64,000 bases of DNA from Thecamonas trahens ATCC 50062 (taxonomy: Eukaryota > Protista > Apusomonadida). Shown in pieces: positions 11,669-22,464 of this stretch (its first letter is position 1; every line of letters begins with the position of its first letter). The notes below the pieces were generated by a model, which did no database searches, was not told where the DNA came from, and worked only from the letters and a program-made list of their open reading frames with translations. A program made the position numbers and the translations under genes. The stretch is taken from NCBI RefSeq assembly GCF_000142905.1, contig NW_013657674.1:342709-406708 (forward strand), given 5' to 3'.

Positions 11669-13522
11669 ATGCTGCGGGCTGCTCCCACACTGCAGGCGCC
11701 CGCGCTGCTGCTGCTGCGGCGGGCTGCTGGGTCGGCTCCGGCCGTCCGCCCGCCGCCGTCGTCGGCAGCGGCGCAGGTCGAGGCCACCTCGGCCGTCATC
11801 TCGGCCGTCCACGCCCTGCTCGAAACGCTGCCCGAGTCGGCAGCTGCCACACGCCACGCCCACATTCTGCAGGCGGCGCAGGGCTCGCTGCCCAAGCCGG
11901 CCGAGCCGGTCATTCCCACCGCGCTCGTCGTCGGCGACCGCAACGTGGGCAAGACAGCGCTCGTTGCTGCGCTCACCTCGGCCCGCACTGCGAGCTCGAC
12001 CCGGACGGCCAAGACCGCCGAGGCCGCGGCCGAGGCTGCTGCTCTACTCTCGTCGACGTCGGCGCTAGCGCTGACGCCGGCCAGCGAGGCCCATTCGGAC
12101 TCGCCGGCCGCCCAGCTGGGATTCAACGTGCTCGACACGCCGCCGCTCGGCGAGTGGCCAGCGCTACTCGGCGACGAGGCTGCGGCTCAGCTGCTGCCGC
12201 TCGCCGAAATTGTGCTGCTCGTCACCGATCCGGCACGTCAGGGCAAGTCATCGACAGAGTCTGCCACGCTTCGCACCCTGGACTCGTCTCGCCTTGCTGT
12301 TGCGCTCAACAAAGCCGACATGGTCGAGGGCGAGCAGACCCGCGCCCGCCTCCGCGAGTTGGTGGCGGGCGCAACGGGCGCCGACCTTGCATCGGTGGTC
12401 CTCACCGTCGCCACTTCGCCGCACGTCGATGATTCCGGCCTGCCGGCGCTCACCGCGGTCCTGGAGCGGCTCGCGGCGCCTGACGCGCTGATGGACAAGG
12501 TTGTCACAGTGCGGCTCGACGCTGTCGCCGCCGCGCTTGACACCGTCTCAGACGGCCTGGCCCTCGAGCGCAGGGTCCTTGCCCGCAAGGAAGACGAGAT
12601 CCTCCGGCTGACCCACTACGTCGAGGACGAGGCCGCCGACCTCGTCGACACGTTTTCGTCGCAGACCCTCCCGCTGGTCACCGACCACTTTGACAGCTTG
12701 GTGGAGAAGGAGAAGGCCTTTTTCCAGTCGCGGACAGTGCTCGACCTGCTCCGCCTCTCCGACGCTCAGCTCCGGCTTGAGCTTGCCGAGGAGCGGCTGT
12801 TCACCTCGGCCTGGCTCGCACCCATCGAGACCTCGCTCGCCTCGTCGATGGCTGCTACCCTCGAAACAGCCCGCCACGAACGGGTGTACATGCTGGAGTC
12901 GCTGACCCAGTTTGCGGCGGACCCGGCGATGCGCGACTTTCCGCTCACCCGCAAGCTCCGCGAGGCGCTTGCTGCCGCCCACGCCAACCACAGCCCGGCC
13001 ACCTTTGATAAGGACGCGCTCGTGGCGAAGCTCTCGGCCATGGCCTCGGCTTATGATCGCGCCGAGTTTGAGGACGATGCCGCCGCGTCGATGCGCTCCG
13101 CCTCGCGCATCAACTACATGGCGCAGCTCGGCTCGGCGTCGCTCCTCACTGGAGCTTGGGGCTACACCCAGCTCGCCGCTGCTGGCGTCGATATGAGTGT
13201 GCTCTCCTCGCTCGTCGCCGCTGCCGGCGCCTCGTCGTTTGGAGGCCTGTGGTGGCTGCAGTCGACGTGGATGGGCCTCGAGGCCCGCCTCGCCACCGCG
13301 CTCCGCACCCTCCGCGCCGACCTCATCTCGTCGCTGCCCGACGTTTACTCCTCGGTCGTCCGCCGCGCTCTCAAGCCGGCCAAGAAGACCCTTGCCAAGT
13401 GCTACTCGGCTGCCACCGAGGTCGGAACCGAGCTGGCCTCGCTCGAGGCCGCCCGCGACGACGCCGCCGCCCGCGTTGACCAGATCCGCACCAGCCTCCG
13501 CAACTCATCCGGCCCCAACTAA
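11669..13522 (+). CDS. Mitochondrion-targeted dynamin-related (Mmc1/FZL/mitofusin-like) P-loop GTPase
   Basis: R/A/L-rich presequence, G1 GDRNVGKT, G3-like DTPP, G4 NKAD, helical stalk, and a C-terminal hydrophobic hairpin followed by WWLQSTW. Confidence 0.6.
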   Translation: MLRAAPTLQAPALLLLRRAAGSAPAVRPPPSSAAAQVEATSAVISAVHALLETLPESAAATRHAHILQAAQGSLPKPAEPVIPTALVVGDRNVGKTALVAALTSARTASSTRTAKTAEAAAEAAALLSSTSALALTPASEAHSDSPAAQLGFNVLDTPPLGEWPALLGDEAAAQLLPLAEIVLLVTDPARQGKSSTESATLRTLDSSRLAVALNKADMVEGEQTRARLRELVAGATGADLASVVLTVATSPHVDDSGLPALTAVLERLAAPDALMDKVVTVRLDAVAAALDTVSDGLALERRVLARKEDEILRLTHYVEDEAADLVDTFSSQTLPLVTDHFDSLVEKEKAFFQSRTVLDLLRLSDAQLRLELAEERLFTSAWLAPIETSLASSMAATLETARHERVYMLESLTQFAADPAMRDFPLTRKLREALAAAHANHSPATFDKDALVAKLSAMASAYDRAEFEDDAAASMRSASRINYMAQLGSASLLTGAWGYTQLAAAGVDMSVLSSLVAAAGASSFGGLWWLQSTWMGLEARLATALRTLRADLISSLPDVYSSVVRRALKPAKKTLAKCYSAATEVGTELASLEAARDDAAARVDQIRTSLRNSSGPN

Positions 13523-13525
13523 ACC

Positions 13526-14182
13526 TCACCCCGTGCAGTAGTCGGGCAGCTCAAAATAGGCCGCGTCCTGTGGACCATACCTGAGCGAGACCCGCCGCAG
13601 GACCTCCGAGCCGGGCGATGCCGCCGCCGACCCGTCACTAGGTGCGCGGACAGGCAAAATGCCGACCGCCACGTACTCGATCGGAATACCAGTCGCCACC
13701 TCTGCCACTGCGGTGTACGGGACAGAGTCTGCGCCGACGCCCGACGCAGGTGTCGCAAGACTTCCCACCCAGAACGAAGTTTCTTCCACCGGCGATGCTG
13801 CGGCGATCGCGGTTGCGTTGTCGAACCAGTGCGTGGTGAGGTCGTACTCCACATGCCACGAGTTGCACTCGCCGCTCGCCGGATACCAGTTCCATACCGT
13901 TCCACCGATCTGCAGCTGCTGAAAGCCGAGCACTGTTATGTTGTACGCCACTGCCGTTCCATTCGACCGCCACAACATCGGTCCCGCCGCAGCCTCACCC
14001 CACGGATACGCCATCGACCACGCAAACTCCATCTCGTACGGCTCTGTCGGCCACCGCACATGCGCCACCACCGTCGTGCCCGTCACCGCCACAGACATCA
14101 CCACCACCACCATCACCCACAGCCCGAACGCCAGCCCCAGCGTAGACACAAAAGTGCCACCTGTGTGCTTACCGAGAACCAT
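13526..14182 (-). CDS. Secreted/type-II membrane protein, possibly ependymin/LolA-fold-like
   Basis: N-terminal hydrophobic segment, WP..Y start, aromatic beta-rich body with N-glycosylation sequons, C-terminal YFELPDYC. Confidence 0.5.
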   Translation of the reverse strand: MVLGKHTGGTFVSTLGLAFGLWVMVVVVMSVAVTGTTVVAHVRWPTEPYEMEFAWSMAYPWGEAAAGPMLWRSNGTAVAYNITVLGFQQLQIGGTVWNWYPASGECNSWHVEYDLTTHWFDNATAIAAASPVEETSFWVGSLATPASGVGADSVPYTAVAEVATGIPIEYVAVGILPVRAPSDGSAAASPGSEVLRRVSLRYGPQDAAYFELPDYCTG

Positions 14183-14703
14183 AGTCGCTTATGACCGTCT
14201 GCGGCTGTCTCGTGACGTCAAGTCGTGCGCGAGGGATTCGCGAGCTGCACGCCGCTGCCGACGCAAGCTTGCCGCCGCTGCGGCCCCGTCTTGATCCCCC
14301 CCATAGAGACAACAGCCAACGCGCCACAAGCGCTATGGTCTCATTCCATTGCTGTTGTGCTGCAGATGAGCCACGTTTGCCACGCGGCCACATTGCACCG
14401 CTTCAGCGCTGTCCACATGGCTGGCCGCGCGGCTGAGGCTGTCGCCAACCGCATGCTTGCCAACGCAGATTAGGCCATTGTCTCGGCATCACTCAACCCC
14501 AACTGCACCTGCCACAACTTTACACTTGCTAATCTGGCTTTCGATCCGGCTGTCGCAGCCTGGGCAACGGGATTGTGCGGGGCATTCCGGGCGCTCACGC
14601 TGCCGATGTACTCGCCGATTCGTTGTGGTCTTGGCCAACACCAACCTTGACTCATCACTCGACTGTTGAGCGCGCTTGCTGGACGTGCACAAGTAGTGCC
14701 GGC

Positions 14704-15603
14704 CTAAGTCGACGACGACGAGTCCGACTCGGACGTGACGACCGCACTCTGGGTACGCCCATCGCTTGACATCTCGCTCGAGAGGCTAAGCTCGAGCGGA
14801 CTAGAGCCAGAGTCGTATGATGTGCCCTCGCCAAGGCCAAGCTTGTCGAGCGCATATGTGCCAAGAATTGCCAGGAACAAGTAGACCATGGCGTGCTGCG
14901 AGACGGTGATGACGTGTTGCTCGGCGAGACATCCGCGGTAGTCAAAGACACCGTCGTCGTTGGGCGACTCGCACACGATGATGTTGCCAATGACAACGTG
15001 GACTACAAAGGCAATGGCCGCACAGACAAAGAGCACCCGCTTGATGACCAGCGATGTGTAGAGCCAACTCGCACCCAGTCGGACGAGCCCGCCGACCGCG
15101 AGCGTGTTGCACGCCACCGCCACAAGGGTGAAGAAGAAGAAGCCGAGCGCACCGATAAAGTGCACGATGATCGAAGTGCGAGTGGAGACCCATCCGACGG
15201 TGATGCCAAACGGCAGTGCCGCGAGGTGGGCGAGCCACCCGCCAGTGATCATCGCCGAGACCGGCAGACAGCCGCAGACTGAGCGCCCGCTCGAACCGCT
15301 CTCGATCGCCACAGGGACAAGCCAGCTCTTGGTCAGCAGAAGCTGTCGCCGCTGCGAGGTGGCGCTCGCCGCAGCCAGAAGCGACGCCAGCGTCAATCCG
15401 ACGCCAAACACATACGCCTCGGGAGGCTCACGCCCGGTGTCCGAGATGTAAGGCCAGGTGAGGCCGCCCCACCACGTGCCGCCGGCGGCCGAGACCGCAA
15501 AGCAGGTCACAAACGTGGTGGCAGCCACCGCCATCGTTGCTACCACTATCCTCGAGTGCCACTCTCCACCAAGCGCCCTCTCAACCCATCCGTATCCGCC
15601 CAT
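14704..15603 (-). CDS. DRAM/TMEM150/Frag1/Sfk1-family multipass membrane protein
   Basis: Signature WPYISDTG..PPE..VF, VHFIGA..FF, about 6 TM helices. Confidence 0.85.
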   Translation of the reverse strand: MGGYGWVERALGGEWHSRIVVATMAVAATTFVTCFAVSAAGGTWWGGLTWPYISDTGREPPEAYVFGVGLTLASLLAAASATSQRRQLLLTKSWLVPVAIESGSSGRSVCGCLPVSAMITGGWLAHLAALPFGITVGWVSTRTSIIVHFIGALGFFFFTLVAVACNTLAVGGLVRLGASWLYTSLVIKRVLFVCAAIAFVVHVVIGNIIVCESPNDDGVFDYRGCLAEQHVITVSQHAMVYLFLAILGTYALDKLGLGEGTSYDSGSSPLELSLSSEMSSDGRTQSAVVTSESDSSSST

Positions 15604-16008
15604 GGCTGTATCTAGCCTGAGAGCAGACTTGCCAGCCGCCGCCCGTGTCCGGTGCAGCTGTCGGCCCACCGACAGGCGGAGAAATGGGAAATGTCACGCG
15701 GGAGACAGTCAAGCGGGTTGGGCTACACCTTGCTCGCACTTGCACCTCGTCGCATTTGACACAGCCCAAGCCCAAGTGAGTGTGTGTGTGGAGGGGGGGG
15801 GGGGGGTAAGAGGCGGAGGTAATGTGGCCTCTATAAATGCAATCATCGATAAATCACGTGCCTTTCACACTTGCCCACAGCCCAAAATCGCCATCACTCC
15901 GTCCATCCTTCCCCTTCCCCCCCCCCCCTCCCTCCACTCTTCGGCTAGCCCGCCCCCCCCTCTTCCTCCGCCACCCATTCCGCACCACTCAACTCACAGC
16001 CAAGCAGC

Positions 16009-18544
16009 ATGGCGGAGGCCCGTGCCATTGCAACTCTGTCTGCGGACTTTACCTCTAACAACAATGACATTGGCCTGATGTATACCGAATCCGGCCTGCA
16101 GTTCCGTTTGGTACGCCACGCGGCCTTTGCCATCCCCCCCCCCCTTCCCCTCGCCTCCTCCCTTTGCTCTTTGACAATATTCATGACGCTGTGCCTTATG
16201 ATGCAATGATGACGCCACATGACATGAGACGGCTCACTCACCCCATCAGCATCAACATGGATAGCAACTGTCTGTGCCGCCGCCGAAGAAGCTTGCGCGC
16301 AACACCAAGCGTGCGGTGTACAAGCTGCGGAATGTGGTGTTCAACGCGGTGTATCCATTTGGCGCCATCGCCACCATCCTCGCCGTGGCTGGCATGATCG
16401 GCTACACGCTCTACTTTTCGCCCGAGGACTGCGAGTCGATCTTCTGTCTCGGATGGATCTACTCCTCGGTCTGGTCCATCCTGCAATGGATGCCGCTCAT
16501 CTCGCTCCTGCCGGAGCAATTCCAGGTCGTGTACGCTGCTGCCCTGGCGGGCTTTGTCTTTGCCATTCTCCTCGCCGCCGTTCAGCGGTACATCCTCCGC
16601 GGCCTGCTGACATACCGCGGCTGGATGTGGGCATCGCGCAAGGGCGCTAACCTGCACATCAAGGCCTGGGCCCTGCTGGTCAAGCTCTTCTCCGGCTCGT
16701 CGCCCAAGCTCTACTCGTTCCAGGGCTCGCTCCCGCGCCTCCCGGTCCCGCCGCTCGCCGACACCGTCCGCCGCTACCTCGAGTCGATCGAGCCGGTGGT
16801 CGAGCCCGCCGAGTTTGAGCGGATGACCGAGCTTGCACACAAGTTTCTGGCCAACGAGGGTCCGTCGCTCCAGCGTTACCTCGTCCTCAAGTCGTGGTAC
16901 GCTGCTAACTACGTCTCGGACTGGTGGCAGCGCTTTGTCTACCTCCGCGGCCGCTCGTCCATCTGCATCAACTCCAACTACTACACACTCGACACCCAGG
17001 CTGAGCTCGGAACGTCCAACCCGGTCGCCCGTGCCGCTCGCATGATCACTTGCTTCCTCGAGTTCAAGCGCCTCATCGACCACGAGGAGGTCGAACCCAT
17101 CATGGCTGGCGTCACACCCATGTGCATGAACCAGTACAAGCAGCTCTTCTCCACCACCCGCATCCCGGGCCGCGAGGAGGACAAGCTCGTGACGTTCGAG
17201 GACTCGCGCCACATTGTCATTTCGGCTTGTGGTAATTACTACTCGCTCCCGGTCTACTCGCACTCGGGCCGCGTCCTCTCTGTCGGCGAGATCGAGGATC
17301 AGCTGCTGCTCATCGTCGCCGACGCCGAGGCCCACCGCGACGAGTCCGCCGCCGGCAAGGTCCCGGCACTCACCGGCGCGAACCGCACCAAGTGGGCCGA
17401 GGCGCGCTCCGACTACTTTTCGTCCGGCACCAACAAGGCCGCCCTCAACCTCATCGAGACCGCCATCTTCTACGTCCACATGGACGACACCGCGCCCGAC
17501 TCGTGGTCCGGCCGCGCCCGCCGCGCCATCCACGGCTCCGGCTCCAACCTCTGGTTCGACAAGTCTGTCGAGCTCGTTGTTTTCAAGGACGCCCACATCG
17601 GCCTCAACGTCGAGCACTCGTTCGCCGATGCCCTCGTCATCGCCCACCTCTGGGAGCACTGCCTGCTCTCGTACGAGTCGCTCGCCTCTACCTCTCTCTC
17701 GCTCTACGGGTCCGATGGCTTCAACGTCCGCGAGCCCGGCGCGCCGGCAAAGTCCGTCAAGTCCATCTCCACCAAGCTCAAGTTTGACATTGCGCCCGGC
17801 TCGCAGGCTGAGGCTGCCATCCTCGCCGCAGAGGCCGCCATCATCGCCGACGCCGAAGACCTCGACCTTCACGTCCACCACTTTTCGTCATGGGGCAAGG
17901 ACGCGTGCAAGGCCATGGGCGTCTCGCCCGATGCCTTTGTCCAGATGGCCCTCCAGCTCGCCTACTACCGCGACTCGGGTGGCAAGCACGTCCTCACCTA
18001 CGAGGCCGCCTCCACCCGCCTCTTCCGCAACGGCCGCACTGAGACCATCCGCTCCTGCACCAAGGACGCCGCTCACTTTGTCCGCCTCATGGAGAGTGGC
18101 ACTGCAGACAAGGCCAACATCGCTGCCGCCCTTCGCACCGCCATTGCCCAGCACGGCAAGCTCACCCGCAACGCCATGACCGGCCGCGGCGTCGACCGCC
18201 ACATCTTCGGCCTCCTCGTCGTCGCCATGGGCCTCGAGCGCGAGTCGGAGTTCCTCTCCGAGGCCATGAAGGCCAAGTGGACGCTCTCCTCCTCGCAGCA
18301 GCCTGCCCGCCAGACAACCCGCTGGAACCCGAACAAGCCTGTCGATGCCGTTCGTCTCTCGCTCGGCGGCGGCTTTGGCCCCGTCGATCGCGACTCGGGC
18401 TACGGCGTCTCCTACCTCGTTGGCGGCGCCTCCTCCATCGCCTTCCACGTCTCCTCCTGCCGCTCGTCCGGCAAGACGAACTCGACCCGCTTCATCGGCC
18501 ACATCGACCAGGCTCTCAACGACATGCGTGCCATCCTCTCGTAG
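16009..18544 (+). CDS. CPT1: Carnitine O-palmitoyltransferase 1; exons 16009-16110, 16265-18544
   Basis: MAEA N-terminus, two TMs, LYSFQGSLPRLPVP, NYVSDWW, catalytic EHSFAD, SPDAFVQMALQLAYY, GRTETIRS, GGGFGPV...GYGVSY. Confidence 0.93.
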
Positions 18545-18674
18545 CTGAGCTTTGCTGCTGCCCCTTCACCCCTCCCTGTTTGGCCTGTAAAGTGCTTTTG
18601 ACGACGCTGACGACCCCGAACCGCCCACCGTCGCCCGCTGCCCGCTCCCCGCTACCCTCACCCCACTCGCAAGC

Positions 18675-19562
18675 ATGACCGGACCGGACCACTTTCATGA
18701 CGCAGCAGTTGGAGCGGCGGCAGTCTTTGCTCTGGCGGCAGTGTGGCGGTGGTGGGTGCTGATGCGGAGGCTGGCGGCCGCGGCAGGTGCGCCCGAGGCG
18801 TCGCGGACGGCTGCCGGCGCCGCTGCTGCTGCTGTCACCGTCTGCACCATGGTCCCAGTCTACGCCCTTGCCTCGCTCGCCTCGCTCGTCTGGGTCGAGT
18901 GGGCGCCTGTTCTTGATCTGGCTCGGGACGCTTACGAGGGCCTCGTCCTCACCGCCTTTGTGGCCATGTCGGTCCGTCTCGCCCGCTCGGCCGCCGTCCC
19001 TCTGCCGGGCGCCGCCCGCGCCGTCAATGCGGCACGCATCTACGCCATTGTCAAGCCCGCAATGGCAGCGCTCGGCATCGTCGGCGCCCTCGTTCCTGCC
19101 CTCGGCTGGGAGGAGGGTGTCTTCGGCTGGACCTCGCTGTGGATGTGGGCCACGCTCGCCAACAACGCCGCCGTCTCCTACGCCATGGCCGGCCTTATGG
19201 GCATATACTCAGTCCTGCACCACGACCTCCCGCCGTCGGCCCGCATCACACCCAAGCTCCTCTGTGTCAAGGCCATCCTCTTTCTCGCCTTTTGGCAGGG
19301 CTGTCTCATCGCGCTCCTTGCCCACTTTGACATGCTCCCGGCCACAGCCCACTACGCCGTCGAGGCTGTCGAGTACCAGCTGCAGGACCTGCTCATGGTC
19401 GTCGAGTGCTGGTTCCTTGCCCTTGCCCACGAGCACGCCTTTATCCTCGACGCCCCACCGTCCATCCGCGCCTCGGCCCAGCACCGCTCGCGGACCTCGG
19501 ACGCAAAGTGGATCGCAGCCTCCATCCTCACCATCAAGCCCGCCAAGCTCAAGACCGAGTAG
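18675..19562 (+). CDS. TMEM184 / organic solute transporter alpha family protein
   Basis: MVPVYA..S, RDAYE, PKLLCVKAILFLAFWQG, LQDLLMVVE...AH..AF. Confidence 0.9.
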   Translation: MTGPDHFHDAAVGAAAVFALAAVWRWWVLMRRLAAAAGAPEASRTAAGAAAAAVTVCTMVPVYALASLASLVWVEWAPVLDLARDAYEGLVLTAFVAMSVRLARSAAVPLPGAARAVNAARIYAIVKPAMAALGIVGALVPALGWEEGVFGWTSLWMWATLANNAAVSYAMAGLMGIYSVLHHDLPPSARITPKLLCVKAILFLAFWQGCLIALLAHFDMLPATAHYAVEAVEYQLQDLLMVVECWFLALAHEHAFILDAPPSIRASAQHRSRTSDAKWIAASILTIKPAKLKTE

Positions 19563-21021
19563 TGCAGTGGAGCGTGCTCCGCACAATAGTCCCGTCTTCG
19601 TAGAGCACCACAATCTCGCCGTCTTCCGACACTTCCAGCCCGACAAGGCTCGTGTCGCGGGTCGGGATCTCGAAGAGCCGCGGGAAGTACTCGTGGACCA
19701 CAATCGCCACCTCGTCGCCAGGCTCACAAGCCTCGAGTGTACAAATCGCCGCACACATGTGCCCCTGCGACGCCACAACAAGCAGGCCGAGTCCGGAAAG
19801 GTACCTCAGAAACGTGAGCCGCGCCATGGCAGAGATGCTCGGTGCCAGCGGCTCCCACGGAAAGACGTCGCACGTGTCGAGAAGCCGGGCGCTCCCGCCG
19901 GCCTCATCATAAACGTAGAGCAACCGCCCGGCGACAGCGACAAGCTGCCGCGGCGACTCTTCCACGCCACTGCGCACCACTCGCTGCGCCATCAACGCCG
20001 GCGACGCAGTGTACTCCTCCCAAGCTATGCCGTCCGGAAGCATCGCCTGAGCCATCCGCTCGTACGCGATCATCGACGGCGGGTCGTCGTCGTCGTCACC
20101 GTCATCGCTGCTGGCAAGGGCATGAAGTACCGGGTCAACCCCAGTCCGCTGCACCTTGTGACCATGCTCGATGATGGCCTCCAGCGCCGCACGCTGCGGC
20201 GCCGGAGCCAACCCGATGGCCTGGGAGATGGGCGCAAGCTGCGCCGCGAGAACATAAGCGCCGTGCTCCAGCAGCTCCAGCCTCGACCGAGGCTCACCTA
20301 CCCGCTCCGCTCCATGTGGGAGCGGGAGCACCGCCCATGCCCACTGTTCTCCGCCGATGTCAAACGGCGGCAGAGCAACAGCGGCAGCTTCGAGCCAGTT
20401 CGCCTCGCCGTCATCCTCCCACCTCCGCCAGCTCCCATCGATCGATGCCGAGTAGAGGCTGCCACTCTCCGAGAACGCCACGCACGGCACATTGTGATGG
20501 TGCCCGACGAGGCGCGCCTCCAGCGTTAGTCCCGAGCCGTCGCCGTCATCCAGCCGGACCAGCGCGATGTCGTGCGAGTTGGCCGAGACCGCGATGAGAC
20601 CCGCGGCCGGCCCGGTGCCAAACGCCACGCCCCACGACGACTCGCTGTTGAGCCAAGTGTGGACAGCCGCCACGACGAGCTCGTCCGGCCGGGCCGGCTC
20701 GCCCTTGGCGATCTTGGCCACCGTGAGCTGCCCGGCCTCATCGACAGCCGCCACCCGCACTATCGCGCCCTGCTCGCCAACGTCAACCGCGATGGCGTTG
20801 ATGGTATCGCGGGCAGAGAACAGGACCTTGGCCTCGCTGCCGGCCACATCCGGCCAGCCGTACGCCACCACCTCGGCCCCGCGCGCCTCCACCATGTGCT
20901 CCGACCCCGGCCCCAGTCGCGCCAGCAGTGCCAACCGGAAGGGCACAAGCGCCGGAATCTCCGTCCCGCCCGTCCTCTGTCGCCGCAGCCGGTCGCCGAA
21001 CGCAGTCTCTGCCGAAGCCAT
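19549..21021 (-). CDS. CRT10-like WD40 repeat protein
   Basis: SSWGVAF, LIAVSANSHDI, HHHNVPCVAF, SASIDG..R.W are characteristic of the CRT10 family. Confidence 0.7.
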   Translation of the reverse strand: MASAETAFGDRLRRQRTGGTEIPALVPFRLALLARLGPGSEHMVEARGAEVVAYGWPDVAGSEAKVLFSARDTINAIAVDVGEQGAIVRVAAVDEAGQLTVAKIAKGEPARPDELVVAAVHTWLNSESSWGVAFGTGPAAGLIAVSANSHDIALVRLDDGDGSGLTLEARLVGHHHNVPCVAFSESGSLYSASIDGSWRRWEDDGEANWLEAAAVALPPFDIGGEQWAWAVLPLPHGAERVGEPRSRLELLEHGAYVLAAQLAPISQAIGLAPAPQRAALEAIIEHGHKVQRTGVDPVLHALASSDDGDDDDDPPSMIAYERMAQAMLPDGIAWEEYTASPALMAQRVVRSGVEESPRQLVAVAGRLLYVYDEAGGSARLLDTCDVFPWEPLAPSISAMARLTFLRYLSGLGLLVVASQGHMCAAICTLEACEPGDEVAIVVHEYFPRLFEIPTRDTSLVGLEVSEDGEIVVLYEDGTIVRSTLHCTTRS

Positions 21022-21274
21022 GGCTCGGTGGGGTGGGGTGAGCTTGGGGTGAGCTTGGGTGGGAGACGGGTGGATCGACGGCCGCACGCTCGCAAGGGCT
21101 GCTCGCCACTCGCCGGCCGTCCCATCTCAGCGAGTGGTAGGCGGTCCCAGCTTGGCCTGACTGGGCTCGGCTTGGGAAAGACTTTATTACTATGCCGACC
21201 CGAGTTGATGGCGTGAGCAGGTGCCGGTGCCGGAGATCGCCCGGGCAGACAAGGCCATGGCCAGCCGAGGCTCA

Positions 21275-22362
21275 TCAGACAAAGCACAGCTCGGCAAGCT
21301 CGAGGCGGACCTGATGGACGACTTCGGTGAAGGCCTCGTAGGTGAACGACTCGGCCATGACCGCAAAGCCGAGCCAGGCGACGAGGAGCGAGAACCGGGT
21401 AGCGGTGAGCTCGGGTGCAACAGTGAGAAGGAGAGCAGGCCCGACAAGGAGCGGGAAGAGGAGCCGGCCCACAATCGGCGGCTCCTCGCCCGGCAGGCTT
21501 CGCGTTGACTCAAAGATCTGCGCAAGGCCTAGCCGGCGGAGCGGGTCAGTAACCGCAGTGACAACGGCAACAAAGACGAGGCCCAACACGACCAGCGCAC
21601 CACGGACCCAGCCCTGGAACACCTCCATCTCGGCCAGGACGCACGTTCCACTCTCTGCCGCCGGGATCTGGAACGGGGTGTACACGTACGCGGCAAGGAC
21701 AGCAACCGCAGCCAGGGCGGCGCCGGCAACCCGGACCGTCGCCGCCATCGGTGCGTCTGGTCCGCCCACACTGCCGACCAAGGCCATGGTCGCCAGATGA
21801 GCACAAGCCAGAATCACCACGTAGAGGACCGCCATCACCACCATGTGCGGCATGTACGGATACGCCAGGCACGGCGGAGTGGCGCAGACCCGGGTCTTCG
21901 TCGCCGACCAAACCCCGAGCGTGGCCGGCTCCAGCGCAGCCGGCAGCGACAGCGGCAGCGGCGACCGCGGCACGCATCCGCGAGCCTCGATGATGACCAC
22001 ACCAAGAATCAGCACCAGCGCATATCCCAGCATCGCCGCCGCTGTCAGCCGCAAGCACACCTCGCCGGCTGTCGGCGCCACTGCCGCCAGTGCCTGCCTC
22101 CTCGCCAACGTCCGAGCCCTCCGCCGCCGCCCGCCAGCCTTGAACCTCGCCGCCGCTACCGTCACCGTCAGCCCTGCAGCCAGATTGAGGATATGCCGCC
22201 GGTGACGGGTATCATGCTCATGAAATGGAACCAGCGTGTCGCCCTAACTCTACGCGGGGGGGGGGGGTGTGGGTGGGGGAGTAGGTGGTGCGGGGGCAAC
22301 GGGCGCATACCATGGAGAGTGGGCGACGGCACATAGTCCGAGTCCGAGTCTGACCCGGACAT
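21275..22362 (-). CDS. Hypothetical multipass membrane protein; exons 22362-22311, 22173-21275
   Basis: GTATGC...CAG phase-1 intron joins MSGSDSDSDY in frame to an ORF with about 6 hydrophobic segments. Confidence 0.55.
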
Positions 22363-22464
22363 GGATGGAGATGTGGGAGGGTGCTTTGGGCTCGCGCAGT
22401 CGAGTCTGTCTCTGCCTCTGCCTCTCGCCTGTTGTTTGTTGTCTCTGCTACCTGGTCGACGTCT

